Below are positions 36,708-50,288 of a stretch of 64,000 nucleotides of DNA, in pieces; within the stretch, counting starts at the first letter, position 1, and each line of letters begins with the position of its first letter. The stretch is from positions 16,988,001 through 17,052,000 of the forward strand of contig NC_043017.1 in NCBI RefSeq assembly GCF_006345805.1, given 5' to 3'. The DNA is from Octopus sinensis (Eukaryota). The translations under genes were made by a program, and so were the position numbers. The notes beneath the pieces are model-generated. The model did not search any database. It was not told where the DNA came from and saw nothing but the letters and a program-made list of their open reading frames with translations.

Positions 36708-37229
36708 ATTCGTACGTGGCCGATGCCAGCGCTGCCTTGACTGGCTTCCGTGCTGGTGGCACGTAAAAAGCACCAACTGATCGTGGCCGTTGCCAGCGTA
36801 CTCTGGCACCTAAAAAGCACCATCTGTATGTGGCCGATGCCAGTGCCGCCTTGACTGGCTTCTGTGCCGGTGGCACGTAAAAAGCACCAACTGATCGTGG
36901 CCGTTGCCGGCCTACTCTGGCACCTAAAAAGCACCATCTGTATGTGGCCGATGCCAGTGCCGCCTTGACTGGCTTCTGTGCCGGTGGCACGTAAAAAGCA
37001 CCAACTGATCGTGGCCGTTGCCGACCTACCCTGGCACCTGTGCCGGTGGCATGTAAAAAGCACCCACTACACTCTCGGAGTGGTTGGCATTAGGAAGGGC
37101 ATCCAGCTGTAGAAACTCCGACAGATCAAGGTTGAAACCTAGTGCAGCCATCTGGTTCGCCAGCCCTCAGTCATTTGTCCAACCCATGCTAGCATGGAAA
37201 GCAGACGTTAAACGATGATGATGATGATG
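36708..37229 (+). mobile_element. RTE 3' UTR fragment with three ~113-bp tandem modules
   Basis: GTGGCCGATGCCAG...GTGCCGGTGGCACGTAAAAAGCAC modules, then the standard tail and (GAT)n. Confidence 0.88.
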
Positions 37230-37319
37230 TGAGATTTAAAAGTTGTAATTTTCTAATTTATAAATCAGTGACTAGTTGTCACTTTGAAAAAATAATCTTT
37301 ACTACAAAGTACTGTTGTT

Positions 37320-37682
37320 GAAGCACCATGTGAGCGTGATTGTTGCCAGAGCAGCTATCTGGCCTCCGTGCCAGTGGCATGCAAAGGGCACCATTCGAGC
37401 GTGATCATTACCAGCATCGCCTTACTGGCACCTGTGCCGGTGGCATGTGTAAAAAGATTTGAGCGAGGTCATTGCCAGTACCGCCTGACTGGCCCCTATG
37501 CCAGTGGCATGTAAAAGCACCCACTACTCTCTGAGAGTGGTTGGTGTTAAGAAGGGCATCCAGCTGTAGAAACTCTGCCTGATCAAGATTGAAGCCTGGT
37601 GCAGCCATCTGGTTCGCCAGCCCTCTGTCATTTGTCCAACCCATGCTAGCATGGAAAGCGGACGTTAAATGATGATGATGAT
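37320..37682 (+). mobile_element. RTE 3' UTR fragment
   Basis: AAGGGCATCCAGCTGTAGAAAC...CCATGCTAGCATGGAAAGCGGACGTTAAATGATGATG. Confidence 0.85.
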
Positions 37683-38029
37683 GGCAACCAGTTAAATACA
37701 GAAAAGACAATTACAGGCCGAAAGCTAATAATGATTCCCTGCTTATTTCCAACCTGCCTCTCATACCTTGTATTTGGTAATCATCAGGTTTACTGTTACA
37801 AAGTCAACTATTAATTGAGAAAAAACGCCATGCCCAGATTTCCACAGGTGTTTGTTTTGTGATAATTAATTACTCTGTAGGTAGTTGTCAATTCTTGATA
37901 TTAGTGAATTAACTCCTAACTCCCTGTAAAACACAGTATTTCCACTTGATTGTATCGATCACCTCTGATCCTTAAATACATTGATTACTGTAAAAATAGT
38001 GTTTAATTCTCTTTACGATTATTTTTTTT

Positions 38030-38292
38030 CACGCTAAGAGTTGCTGAAGCATGGAACATACTGCCAGCATCAGTTGTTATTTGTCAGAGCACTGCATCCT
38101 TCAATACTTCCATGCTTCCTGAGATTCGCCAACACTACACCTGATTTTCTCCCCTCCATACACACGCAAGCATGTATCTGACTCATACACTGTTCACTTC
38201 CCAGACATTTGTACATTACTGTATATTCTTTATACGCACTTTTGACAAGTTGTGGTGCACCTGAGCACTGTATACAAGAATTTAATTATTAT
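38030..38292 (+). mobile_element. CR1/L2-group LINE 3' end fragment
   Basis: FFTLRVAEAWNILPASVV-like C-terminus, short UTR, ATT-rich tail. Confidence 0.6.
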
Positions 38293-38897
38293 TTTGATGG
38301 ATGAAAGCTCTAATGTAAGGGAGAAAACTCTGATCCCATCTGTGATTCATTTACCTCTGTTACAAAATCCTTTAAGCCAGCCACCCCTAACCCATTTTTG
38401 CACTACAGACCAGTTTGATGTAAGACTATTTTTCCATAGACCAGGGTATCACAACCTGAACAAAATACAATACAGTGCATAATATATAATTTAATTATTA
38501 TGCAAATAAGAATACAGAGAAAAACAATTTAGTTTGTTCATCAACTTTCGGATATTATAATGTTGGATTATTTATTCATTTAACAAAAATGAGAACCTTA
38601 ATAGCATACATATATACATTATAATTCAATACATATAAGATAAGAATACAAATTATAAAAACCATAATATAAATTAAACACCAAAAATTATCCAGATATT
38701 TGATTTACAACCTCGATTACAATGGAGTCGAAGTTGAGGAAAAATTTCTTGAAAAAAAAGTACCTGTCACCTGATTGTGTTTCAAAATTCTCAACTTCAA
38801 CAACTGTGCTGACCAATTTTTATTCCCAGAAATGATGCAATACTTGCAATGTAATAGTTTCAAGCATAAAAATCAAATGGAAATTGTAGTTAAGATA

Positions 38898-40314
38898 CCC
38901 ATGCCGGTGACACGTAAAAAGCACTGTCCAAATGTGGCAGATGCCAGCCCCACCTGACTGGCGTCCGTGTTGGTGACACGTAAAAAGCACCAACCGATTG
39001 TGGCCGTTTGCCAGCCTCCCCTGGCACCTGTGCCGGTGGCACGTAAAAAGCACCCACTACACTCACAGAGTGGTTGGCATTAGGAAGAGCATCCAGCTGT
39101 AGAAACACTGCCTAATCAGACTGGAGCCTGGTGCAGCCTCCTGGCTTCCCAGACCCCGGTCAAACGGTCCAACCCATGCTAGCATGGAAAATGGACGTTA
39201 AATGATGCTGATGATGATGAAATTATTGAAATCATTAATTACATATATAATACACATATATCATGAAAAACACTTTGTAGTCTGTGATGGTCAATAAAAT
39301 AGAAATAAAAGTTTGACATTTATTCTCTGTGCAGCCCAGTACCAAATGATCGATAGCCTGGAACTTGTCTGTGGCTCAGTAGTTGGGGGCCTTTGAATTA
39401 TAGGACTAGGCTTTTCACTTACAATATTTTCAACAGAATGTGAAGAGTTGGTGATGGCACCAGATAAAAAGCACCCAGGACACTCTGTACAGTGGTGGGC
39501 ATTAGGAAGGACGTCCAGCTGTAGAAACCAAGTGAAATTAGACTATGGAACCTGGCCTTCCCCGTACCTGCCAAGCCGTCCAACCCATGCCAGCATGGAA
39601 AACGGATGTTAAATATTGGTGATGATGATGATGATGAGTGAGGTTCACATTGATTTAATGGTTTCCACTTTCTGCTTCATCCTCTCTGTCAAGTCATGAG
39701 CTGAATGAATCTTTTTTCTGTGTATTTTTTAGCGTTAGGAAGGGCATCTAGCCGTAGAAACACTGCCAGATCAGACTGGGCCTGGTACAGCCTTCTGGCT
39801 TCCCAGACCCCAGTTGAACTGTCCAACCCATGCTAGCATGGAAAGCGGACGCTAAACGATGATGATGATGATGTCTCACTTCTGAGATACTGTGCTCAAA
39901 TCTCGACCAACAATCCATTTTCATACATTAACATTCTGTTTGTGTGTACAATGAGTTTAGTGACAACAGACCAATGCGGGCATAAAAGTGTTTCAACGAA
40001 TGCCCTCCCAAACACGAACTCCTTTGACTAAAATAACTTCCGGTACATTTCTGGCCAAGGAGTCCTGCAAAGTGAGAAAAATGCTATTTATGTTATCAGA
40101 TGGGAAAAGTATATATTCTTGTCATTCATAACAACAGAACGGTTCACAAAAACATGTGAAAGCGACAGGTGGATGTGAAAGACAGCAAGAAATATATGGA
40201 AAGGTGTAGACTAGGTAAAAGTGATATCAATACAGAACCCATGCTAGCTGGTCCAACACATGCTGGATCCAACCCATGCTAGCATGGAAAAACGGATGTT
40301 AAACGATGATGATG
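38898..40314 (+). mobile_element. Cluster of four separate RTE 3' tail fragments (38898-39219, 39455-39636, 39732-39873, 40236-40314)
   Basis: Each ends in CCATGC(T/C)AGCATGG...GATGATG in the same orientation. Confidence 0.8.
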
Positions 40315-40729
40315 AATTAATAAGGGAACAAGAAAGATGGATGAAAGAAGAGCTCAATAAAAATACAAGAAAGGAGAGGAAGGTTGTGATAGACAAAGAG
40401 GAGCATGCAGAGGAGTCAATGACTGCTGTAGTATGTGTGTGTGTGTGTGTACGTATTGGTTCTTATCTTCTATTTCACTTCAGACACCTTCATTACCACC
40501 AGGTAGGCAAAATGCTAAGACAAGCACCGTTTTTAGATTTCCCTTCTCTTGAATTTTATCCCATGGTCCCACCCATGCCACCCGTTTTGATTCTGCTCTG
40601 CTAAATTCACCGTTTGTGCAAGTTTTCCCTTTTCTTTCATTTTCTTCTTCTAGCTCGTTAAATCGATCTCCTTGGTCCGTTTCTATCCTTCTTTCTCTTG
40701 GAATTACGGTCTGTCACTAGATGCGTCTG

Positions 40730-40985
40730 CATCATCATCATCATCATCGTTTAGTGTCTGCTTCCCATGCTGGCATCTGTTAGTTTGACTGAAACTGGTA
40801 ATCTGTAGGGCTACACCAGGTTCCAGTTTGATTTGGCATAGTTTTCCTACAGCTGGACGCCCTTCCTAACACCAACCACTGCAAGAGTGCAATAGGTGCA
40901 TTTTATGCGCCAGCAGCATCGGTGCTAGTTGCATGACATTGGCCACGACTACGATTCCACTTGGCTTCATGGGTCTTCTTCTCAA
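40730..40985 (-). mobile_element. RTE 3' tail fragment, inverted
   Basis: CATCATCATCATCGTTTAG...CCCATGCTGGCA...GCCCTTCCTAAC. Confidence 0.75.
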
Positions 40986-41028
40986 GCATAGCATATCACC
41001 AAAGATCTTGGTCACTTTGTCAATCATT

Positions 41029-42825
41029 GGAAGGTGTAATATCCAATGATTGACTTAGCAGTGTCTCTGTAAACTGCTACACAGGCAAAGGAAATTCCTT
41101 AGAAGCAATTATGAGGCACCAAAGATGCAATTTTCCTAGTGAGGAAACCGTAGGAGAAATATTTGGTTTAGAGTAAGTCACTTATCATTGAGTAAGAGTG
41201 ACAGCAACAGCAGGAAAAGCATAGTGTTATCTAAGAAATGGATAAAATGACTGAGATGGTCAGGTCCTGCAGTGGGATAATGAAGATGAGACTAATTATA
41301 GGCAAGTCAACAGCAACATTTATCTCACCAAGGTTACCGGAAGAACTGAAGGACTACTTGTATGAGACCTTTCTGCAGACCACCTCACTGATAACTGACA
41401 CTGACTTCATGATTGTGGCTGGCGACTTCAATGGATATCTGTGACATACATGGAGGCTATAGATGTATTGAAGGTGGCGAGCTGGCAGAAACGTTAGCGC
41501 GCCGGGCGAAATGCTTAGTGGTATTTCGTCTGCTGTTACGTTCTGAGTTCAAATTCCGCTGAGGTCGACTTTGCCTTTCATCCTTTCGGGGTCGATAAAT
41601 TAAATATCAGTTACGCACTGGGGTCAATGTAATCGACTTAATACCTATGTCTGTCCTTGTTTGTCTCCTCTATGTTTAGCCCCTTGTGGGCAGTAAAGAA
41701 AAATATAGATGTATCTCAAGAAATAAGGAGGTTGTAAGACTCCTGAAATTCTGTGATGTAACTGACAGTAATTTCCAAAATATTCTTTAAAAAACCTACC
41801 AATCTGTTGAACATGCAGCAGAGAAAAAGACGGATTACTGTAAATACCAAAGCCTTTCCTGACAAAAAATGCATTATACAATATAGATTAATGGCTAATG
41901 ACTTCAGTCAGAGTTAGTTAGATGCAGAATCAGAATATAGTTTAGAAAACGAGGATATGGAAATTAAAAGATCCTGCAGTTGGGAATGGGTTTGGACAAA
42001 TTCTTATGACTCTAGGGAGAAAGATCTAGGTGCCTATAACAGAAATGACAACTGGGAATTTCTACAAAATACCTGCTTTTTACTACTCGTCAGGCATGCA
42101 GCTAGGACAAAGTCTTGGCTAACTGAAGGTAAATTGATGGAAGAATGGTTGGTAAGATAGTAAAGGCTAAGAAACAAGAGAGGTTTGAAAGACTTGGAAA
42201 GAAGGTGGAAGTTTGGAACATTATCAAACAGCTAGAAAAGCAGCTGACCAGTGACAAGTGTATTTAAATAAGGAAGAGATTTGCACATATCCTACAATGC
42301 AGGGATCTAGAAACATGGTGTTGAGGATTGCAAGGCATTGTGTGGGAGAGAAAGAAAGTATCATTGGTGAGAAGTATATTCAGAATGAAGAAGGAATACT
42401 CACCATGGACATGGAAGACGAGAAAGTGGTATGAAAGTGTTATTATGTGAGACTGTTGAGATTGGAGAATGCATGAGATAAAGAGGGGGCGACTTCATAC
42501 AGAGGTAAAGAGGAACCAGCAATTAAGTGGACAGCAGGTCAGTGGATGAGATGATTAAGGATATGAAAAGAAAGGAAGTTGCAGGTCCATTAAGGATGGC
42601 TTTCGTGAAGCTCAAAATACCTGCTGCGATAAGGTACATGATGACCACCGGGAGAGTTGATGAAGTTAAACAGGAAGGTGTAATATCCAATGATTGACAT
42701 AGCAGTGTCTCTGTAAACTGATACACAGGCAAAGGAAATTCCTTAGAAGCAATTATGAGGCACCAAAGATGCAATTTTCCTAGTGAGGAAACCGTAGGAG
42801 AAATATTTGGTTTAGAGTAAGTCAC
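41029..42825 (+). mobile_element. Decayed RTE LINE (EN to RT) bounded by a 153-bp direct repeat
   Basis: IVAGDFNGY remnant (about 41.42 kb); repeats at 41029-41181 and 42673-42825 differ at 2 positions. Confidence 0.6.
41471..41703 (+). mobile_element. SINE family B
   Basis: Full unit; TSD-like TATAGATGTAT on both sides. Confidence 0.9.
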
Positions 42826-42978
42826 CACTCTTCCTGGCTGTCATTGATTTAAAGAAAGCATTTAAGAAAACTAGATGTGTGTATATGTGTATATATATAT
42901 GTATGTATATGTGTATATATATATGTATGTATATGTGTATATATTATATATGTATGTATATATATATATTTATATATG

Positions 42979-43015
<37 letters not shown>

Positions 43016-43020
<5 letters not shown>

Positions 43021-43508
43021 AGATGGCACGTAAAAAGTACCCACTACACTCACGGAGGGGTTGGCGTTAGGAAGGGCATCCAGCCGTAGAAACACTGCCA
43101 GATCAGACTGGGCCTGATGCAGCCTTCTGGCTTCACAGACCCCAGTTGAACCGTCCAACCCATGCTAGCATGGAAAGCGGACGCTAAATGATGATGATGA
43201 TGATGATATATATATATGTATGTATGTATATATATATATGTATGTATAGATATGTATGTATATATATGTATGTATAGATATGTATGGATATCTATATATA
43301 TATATATGTGTATTGTGCAGGTGGCACGTAAAAAGCACCCACTACACTCACGGAGTGGTTGGCGTTAGGAAGGGCATCCAGCTGTAGAAACATTGCCAGA
43401 TTAGACTGGAGCCTGGTGCAGCCTTCTGGCTTCCCAGAACCCCGGTCGAACCGTCCAACCCATGCTAGCATGGAGAACGGACGTTAAACGACGATGATGA
43501 TGATGATG
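43016..43508 (+). mobile_element. Two RTE 3' tail fragments embedded in TA microsatellite (43016-43206, 43314-43508)
   Basis: GGCACGTAAAAAG...CCATGCTAGCATGG...GATGATG. Confidence 0.85.
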
Positions 43509-43518
43509 TATGTATATC

Positions 43519-43549
<31 letters not shown>

Positions 43550-43692
43550 ATATGTGTGTATATATATTAATATATATATATGTATGTATATATATGTATT
43601 TTTATATATATATATATATATTATATATGTATGTATATATATATATGTATGTGTATATATATATATATATTATATATATATATATATATATG

Positions 43693-44290
43693 TCCACTCC
43701 ACTCTGGATCGCGCCTTTCTCATCCACATGATCCCAATCGTCCTCTTGAAATCGTCACTCCACCGTCGTGGAGGTCTTCCGGGTGGTCTTTTCTGCTCAC
43801 TCGGATACTGCGTGCATCCACCGATTATCGGTGAGCTGGGCGACGTGTCCAGCCCATCTATACTTGCTGCGTGTATACTCTGTGATGACATCTCTCACAC
43901 CGGACTTCTTTCTGATGATCTTGCTACTTATGTGCTCTCTCAACGAGATACCAAGCATTGACCTTTCCATGGCTCTTTGAGCCGTTACCAGTCTTTGCTC
44001 TTCTCTCTTTGTGGTAGTCCATGTTTCACTACCATATAACATTGCAGGCAGAACTGCACTGCTAATGAGGTTGGTGCAGGTGGTCCTCTCCAACCTTCCC
44101 TTGAGCACATCCCTTATGCCATTGAACGCCTTCCATCCGGCCCTTACTCTCCGTGAGATCTCCTTTTTGATATCCCGGCACATATTAACTTCCTGTCCCA
44201 GGTAGACATATTCTCTCACCTCCTCTATTTCATCACTGCCGATCGCCATTCGACCTGTTGGTACGTTGTTTGACCGCATGAACTTTGAGT
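43693..44290 (-). mobile_element. RTE LINE 3' fragment (second family)
   Basis: EEVREYVYLGQ...EISRRVRAGWKAF...LPAMLYGSETWT...RWAGHVAQ...RPPGRPPRRWSD. Confidence 0.85.
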
Positions 44291-44362
44291 GGACAGCGTG
44301 CTGTGACCAGCGGTGTCAAATGGACGCCTGACGGACTGGTTGGTCAAAGTGATCAAAGTGAT

Positions 44363-44388
44363 ATATATATGTATGTATATATGTATGT

Positions 44389-44420
<32 letters not shown>

Positions 44421-44626
44421 ATGTATATATAATGTATATATGTATGTATATATGTATGTATATATGTATGTATATATGTATGTATGTATGTATATATGTA
44501 TGTATATATGTATGTATATATGTATGTATATATGTATGTATATATGTATGTATGTATATATGTATGTATGTATATATGTATGTATGTATATATGTATGTA
44601 TGTATATATGTATGTATATATGTATG

Positions 44627-44660
<34 letters not shown>

Positions 44661-44898
44661 TATATGTATGTATGTATATATGTATGTATATATATATGTA
44701 TGTATGTATATATATATGTATGTATGTATATATGTATGTATATATATATATATATATATATGTATGTACATATATATGTATGTATATGTATGTGTATATA
44801 TATGTATGTGTATATATATGTATATGTATGTGTATATATATGTATGTGTATATATGTATGTGTATATATATGTATGTGTATATATATATATGTATGTG

Positions 44899-44936
<38 letters not shown>

Positions 44937-44957
44937 TATGTATGTATATATATATGT
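44363..44957. repeat. (TATG)/(TA) microsatellite
   Basis: Direct inspection. Confidence 0.93.
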
Positions 44958-45810
44958 ATGATGAGCCTTTGGAGGGCTTCTTCTGTGTGCGATACCAGAG
45001 CGGCGTCCTCAGCAAATAGCATCTCCTTGATTGGAACACTTCTGACTTTGGTCTTGGCACGCAGGCACGAGAGATTGAACAGTTTCATGTCACGTCTACT
45101 TTGCAGAAACGCTCCATCATCTGATGTCTCAAACGCATGTGACAGTAGCAGTGAGAAGAAGATGCCAAATAATGTAGGAGTAAGGACACAACCTTGCTTT
45201 ACCCTGTTTTTTTATTTGGAAGGTGGCTGATGTCAAACCATTGTGCTGTATGGTGCCTTGCATATTATCATGGAAAGATTTGATGATCCTCAGCAGCTTT
45301 GGTGGACATCAGATTTTTTGGGGCAGGATGAAGAGGCCTTTTCTACTTACCAAGTCAAAGGCCTTTGTCAGATCAATGAAGGCCATATATAATGGCATTT
45401 TCTGCTCTCTGGACTTCTCCTGAAGTTGGCGTATGGAGAATATCATGTCAATAGTTGATCTGCTTCTTCTAAAGCCACACTGCAATTCTGGATAAATTCG
45501 AGAAGCAAGCAGTTGTAACCTGGACAGGATAACGCGAGCAAAGGTCTTTCCAACAGTGCTTGGAAGAGATATTCCATGGTAATTGTTATAATCACCACAG
45601 TCACCTTTGTTTTTGTAAAGCGTAATGATGTTAGCATGTCGCATATCCTGAGGGACTGTACCCTCTTCCCAGCACTGAAACAGAAGCTCATGAGGGTGCC
45701 AAAGCAGGATAGTGTTTTTGCTGGCTTTGATGATCTCTGAGGGGATGCCGTCTTTTCCCAGAGCCTTGTTATTGGCTAGGGAGTCAATAGCCTTGGTGAG
45801 CTGTCAAGTT
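44958..45810 (-). mobile_element. RTE-BovB-like RT fragment
   Basis: ANIITLYKNKGD...NYHGISL...QCGFRRSRSTIDMIFSIRQLQEK...AFIDLTKAFDLVSR; later [21 protein letters not shown]. Confidence 0.82.
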
Positions 45811-45932
45811 CGCACATAGCCTTGGCAGACTGTCAAGTTCGCACATGACTAACAAGATCTTGATACAAGCGCTCTTTGACTGCTGTTTCTAATTTTTCGG
45901 TATGTGGCTAAGCAACCTGTTGCTTACCCTTT

Positions 45933-45970
<38 letters not shown>

Positions 45971-46223
45971 GAACTTTTTTAAAAAAGTTCCTACCGATAA
46001 TGGTTATATTTCCATACCGAAATCTACCCGGAAATAATTGTTGGTTTTTAAAATTAATAATTATTTACCCTTATATTATTTATATATTTATATATATATA
46101 TATATAATATATATATATATATATACACACACACATATACATATATATATATATGTATGTGTGCATATATATATGCACATATATATATATACATATATGT
46201 ATATATATATATGTATGTGTGTG

Positions 46224-46268
<45 letters not shown>

Positions 46269-46306
46269 ATTTATATATATGTATGTGTGTGTGTATATAT
46301 ATATAT

Positions 46307-48330
46307 CATCATCATCATCATCATTTAGCGTCCGTTTTCCATGCTAGCATGGGTTGGACGGTTCTACTGGGGTCTGTGAAGCCAGAAGGCTTCATCAGGC
46401 CCAGTCAAATCTGGCAGTGTTTCTACGGCTGGATGCCCTTCCTAACGCCAACCACTCCGTGAGTGTAGTGGGTGCTTTTTACGTGCCACCCGCACTGGTG
46501 CCAGACAGAGCTGGCAAACGGCCACGAACGGATGGTGCTTTTTATGTGCCACCGGCACGAGGGCCAGGCGAGGCTGGCAACGGACACGAAACGGGGCGGT
46601 GCTGGCAACGGTCGCGAAACGGAAAGTTCTCTTACATGCTACCGGCACTGGTAACACATCTGCAATTTCCATTGATCGATTTCCATTGATCGATTTCGAT
46701 TCTGATCCTCACTTACCTCAATGGGTCTTCACAAGCAGAGTTTCGACATGCCACCGGCACTGGTAGCACATCCGCAATTTCCATTGATCGATTTCGATTC
46801 TGATCCTCACTTGCCTCAACACGTCTTCACAAGTAAAGTTTTGTGTCCCAAGAAGGGAAGGTATGCAAACGTAGGCTGGCTCCATCCCATGTAGAAGGCC
46901 ACGGGTTGTGGACTCACTTGTCCTGCCGGGTCTTCTCGCGCACAGCACACTTCCAGAGGTCTCGGTCTCTAGTCATTTCCTCAGTGAGACCTAAAGTTCG
47001 AAGGTCGTGCTTCACCACCTCGTCCCAGGTTTTCCTGGGTCTGCCTCTTCCACAGGTTCCCTCAACCGCTAGGGTGTGGCACTTTTTCACACAACTATCT
47101 TCATCCATTCTCGCCACATGACCATACCAGCGCAAATGTCTCTCTTGCACACAACTGATGCTTCTTAGGTCCAGCTTTTCTCTCAAGGTACTTACACTCT
47201 GCCGAGTGTGAGTACCGGCATTACACATCCATCGGAGCATACTGGCTTCATTTCTAGCGAGCTTACGCATATCCTCAGCAGTCACGGCCCATGTTTCACT
47301 GCCATGTAGCATGGCTGTTCGTACACACGCATCATACAGTCTGCCTTTCACTCTGTGCGAGAGGCCTTTTGTCACCAGCAGATGTAAGAGCTCTCTGAAC
47401 TTTGCCCAACCTATTCTTACTCTAGCAGTTACACTTTCAGCACACCCGCCCCCGCTGCTGACTTGGTCACCTAGGTAACGGAAACTATCAACTATTTCTA
47501 GTTTTTCTCCCTGGAAGTGACGGAAGTTGGTCTCAGAGCATTTTCAGTGTTTATTGTTCCTGAGCATCTGCCACATACAAAAACCATCTTCCTAGTTAGC
47601 CTTCCTTTGACATTGCTGCATCTCTTATGTGTCCATAGCTTACACTTGGTGCATCTTATAGAGTTTCTACCTACACCTTTTCTACAGATCGAGCAGGCCA
47701 TCTACCTGAAGGTGTTTGTGATTTGTCTACCTTCCTACTGATTACGACTTTGGTTTTAGCTAGATTGACTCTGAGGCCCTTCGATTCTAATCCTTGTTTC
47801 CACACCTGAAACTTCTCCTCCAGTTCTGATAGCGACTCAGCAATTAGAGCAAGGTCATCAGCATAGAGGAGCTCCAAGGGCATCCTGTCTTGAATTCCTC
47901 CGTTATTGCCTGGAGGACTATGATAAATAGGAGGGGGCTGAGTACTGAGCCTTGGTGGACCCCTACTTCTACCCGGAATTCTTCACTGTACTCATTTCCA
48001 ACCCTCACCCTACTAGCGGCGTCCCTATACATGGCCCGCACAGCTCTCACTAACCATTCATCTATCCCTAGTTTTCTCATTGCCCACCAGATAAGGGATC
48101 GGGGGACCCTGTCGAAGGCTTTCTCCATGTCAACAAAAGCCAGGTACAGGGGCTTATCTTTGGCTAGGTATTTCTCCTGCAGCTGCCTTACCAGGAATAT
48201 AGCATTCAGTAGTACTTTTCCCTGGCACAAACCCAAACTGCATCTCATCTAAACTAACTCTCTCTCTAATTAGTTGGGCTATGACCCTCTCCGTAACCTT
48301 CATCACCTGGTCCAACAGCTTGATACCTCT
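46307..48330 (-). mobile_element. RTE LINE (RT, PHD-like motif, C-terminus, modular 3' UTR), frameshifted; 5' end abuts a SINE
   Basis: RGIKLLDQVMK...QFGFVPG; LAFVDMEKAFDRVPR; GVHQGSVLSPLLF; LLYADDLALIA; CSIC...CTKC...H..C...CGRC; same family as 1676-2977. Confidence 0.92.
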
Positions 48331-48331
48331 A

Positions 48332-48740
48332 GGCGCAGGAGTGGCTGTGTGGTAAGTAGCTTGTTTACCAACCACATGGTTCCAGGTTCAATCCCACTGC
48401 GTGGCATCTTGGGCAAGTGTCTTCTACTATAGCCTCGGGCCGACCAAAACCTTGTGAGTGGTTTTTGTAGATGGAAACTGAAAGAAGCCCGTCGTATATA
48501 TGTATATATATATATGTGTGTGTGTGTATGTTTGTGTGTCTGTGTTTGTCCCACTAGCATTGCTTGACAACTGATGCTGGTGTGTTTACGTCCCCGTCAC
48601 TTAGCAGTTCGGCAAAAGAGACCGATAAAATAAGTACTGGGCTTACAAAAGAATAAGTCCCAGAGTCGATTTGCTCGACTAAAGGTTGAGCTCCAGCATG
48701 GCCGCAGTCAAATGACTGAAACAAGTAAAAGAGTAAAGAG
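48332..48740 (+). mobile_element. SINE family A
   Basis: Starts GGCGCAGGAGTGGC; full body and tail. Confidence 0.92.
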
Positions 48741-48768
48741 TATATGTATGTGTGTATATATATATATT

Positions 48769-48813
<45 letters not shown>

Positions 48814-49258
48814 ATATTTATGTATGCGTGTGTATATATATATGTATGTGTGTATATTTATGTATGTGTGTGTATATATATATGTATGTGTGTCTATATA
48901 TATGTATGTGTGTATATTTATCTATATGTGTGTATGTATATATATATATATGTATGTATATATATATATGCATGTATGTATATATGTATGTATGTATATA
49001 TGTATGTATGTATATATGTATTATGTATATATGTATGTATATATATATATATATATGTATGTATATATGTATGTATGTATGTATATATGTATGTATGTAT
49101 GTATATATATATGTATGTATATGTATTATGTATGTATATATGTATGTATGTGTATATATGTATGTATGTGTATATATGTATGTATGTGTATATATATATG
49201 TATGTGTATATATATATGTATGTATGTATATATGTATGTGTATATATATACGTACGTG

Positions 49259-49292
<34 letters not shown>

Positions 49293-49553
49293 TATGTATG
49301 TGTATATATATATGTATGTGTGTGTATATATGTATGTGTATATATATATGTATGTGTGTGTATATATTATATATATATGTATGTGTATATATATATGTAT
49401 GTGTGTATATTTACGTATATGTATGTGTGTATATTTACGTATATGTATGTGTGTATATATATATGTATGTGTGTGTATATATATATGTGTATGTGTATAT
49501 ATATATATATATGTATGTGTGTATGTATATATATGTGTGTATGTATATATATG

Positions 49554-49585
<32 letters not shown>

Positions 49586-49693
49586 TATATGTATGTGTGT
49601 ATATGTATATGTATGTGTATATGTATGTGTGTATATGTATATGTATGTGTATATATATGTGTATGTGTATATGTATGTATGTCTATATATATA

Positions 49694-49732
<39 letters not shown>

Positions 49733-49784
49733 GTGTATATATATATTTGTGTGTGTGTGTGTGTGTATATATATATAGATATAT

Positions 49785-49826
<42 letters not shown>

Positions 49827-49989
49827 ATATATATATGATGTATGTATATAAATATATATATATATGCATGTGTATATCTATATATATGTGTGTATACTTA
49901 TACTATAATTTTTATAATAATTTGTACTAGATGAAGGACCAATTTTGTAAAGTAAATTGTATTAAACACACACACACACAGTACTATAC

Positions 49990-50054
<65 letters not shown>

Positions 50055-50075
50055 CATATATTATATATATATATA
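48741..50075. repeat. (TATG/TGTA/TA) compound microsatellite
   Basis: Direct inspection; short unique interruption near 49.92-49.97 kb. Confidence 0.9.
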
Positions 50076-50241
50076 ACAGCACGGGAATCAAACATTAGAT
50101 TGAAAGAACTGAACAGTGGTACAGATATCAACACAATTACTTCTACTTCCTCTCTTTCTTTCATTCTCTTTTCCATTGATGGTCCTTTCAGATACACAGG
50201 CATCCACACACACACACACATGCACAGACACACATACTCAC

Positions 50242-50288
<47 letters not shown>

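Noticed and set aside
41029-42825. LTR retrotransposon (paired direct repeats)
   Set aside because: The repeats are RTE coding remnants with no TG...CA ends, PBS, PPT or TSD.
43693-45810. One RTE split by a microsatellite
   Set aside because: Roughly colinear, but the two protein fragments look like different RTE lineages, and an unrelated 80-bp piece (44290-44362) lies between them.
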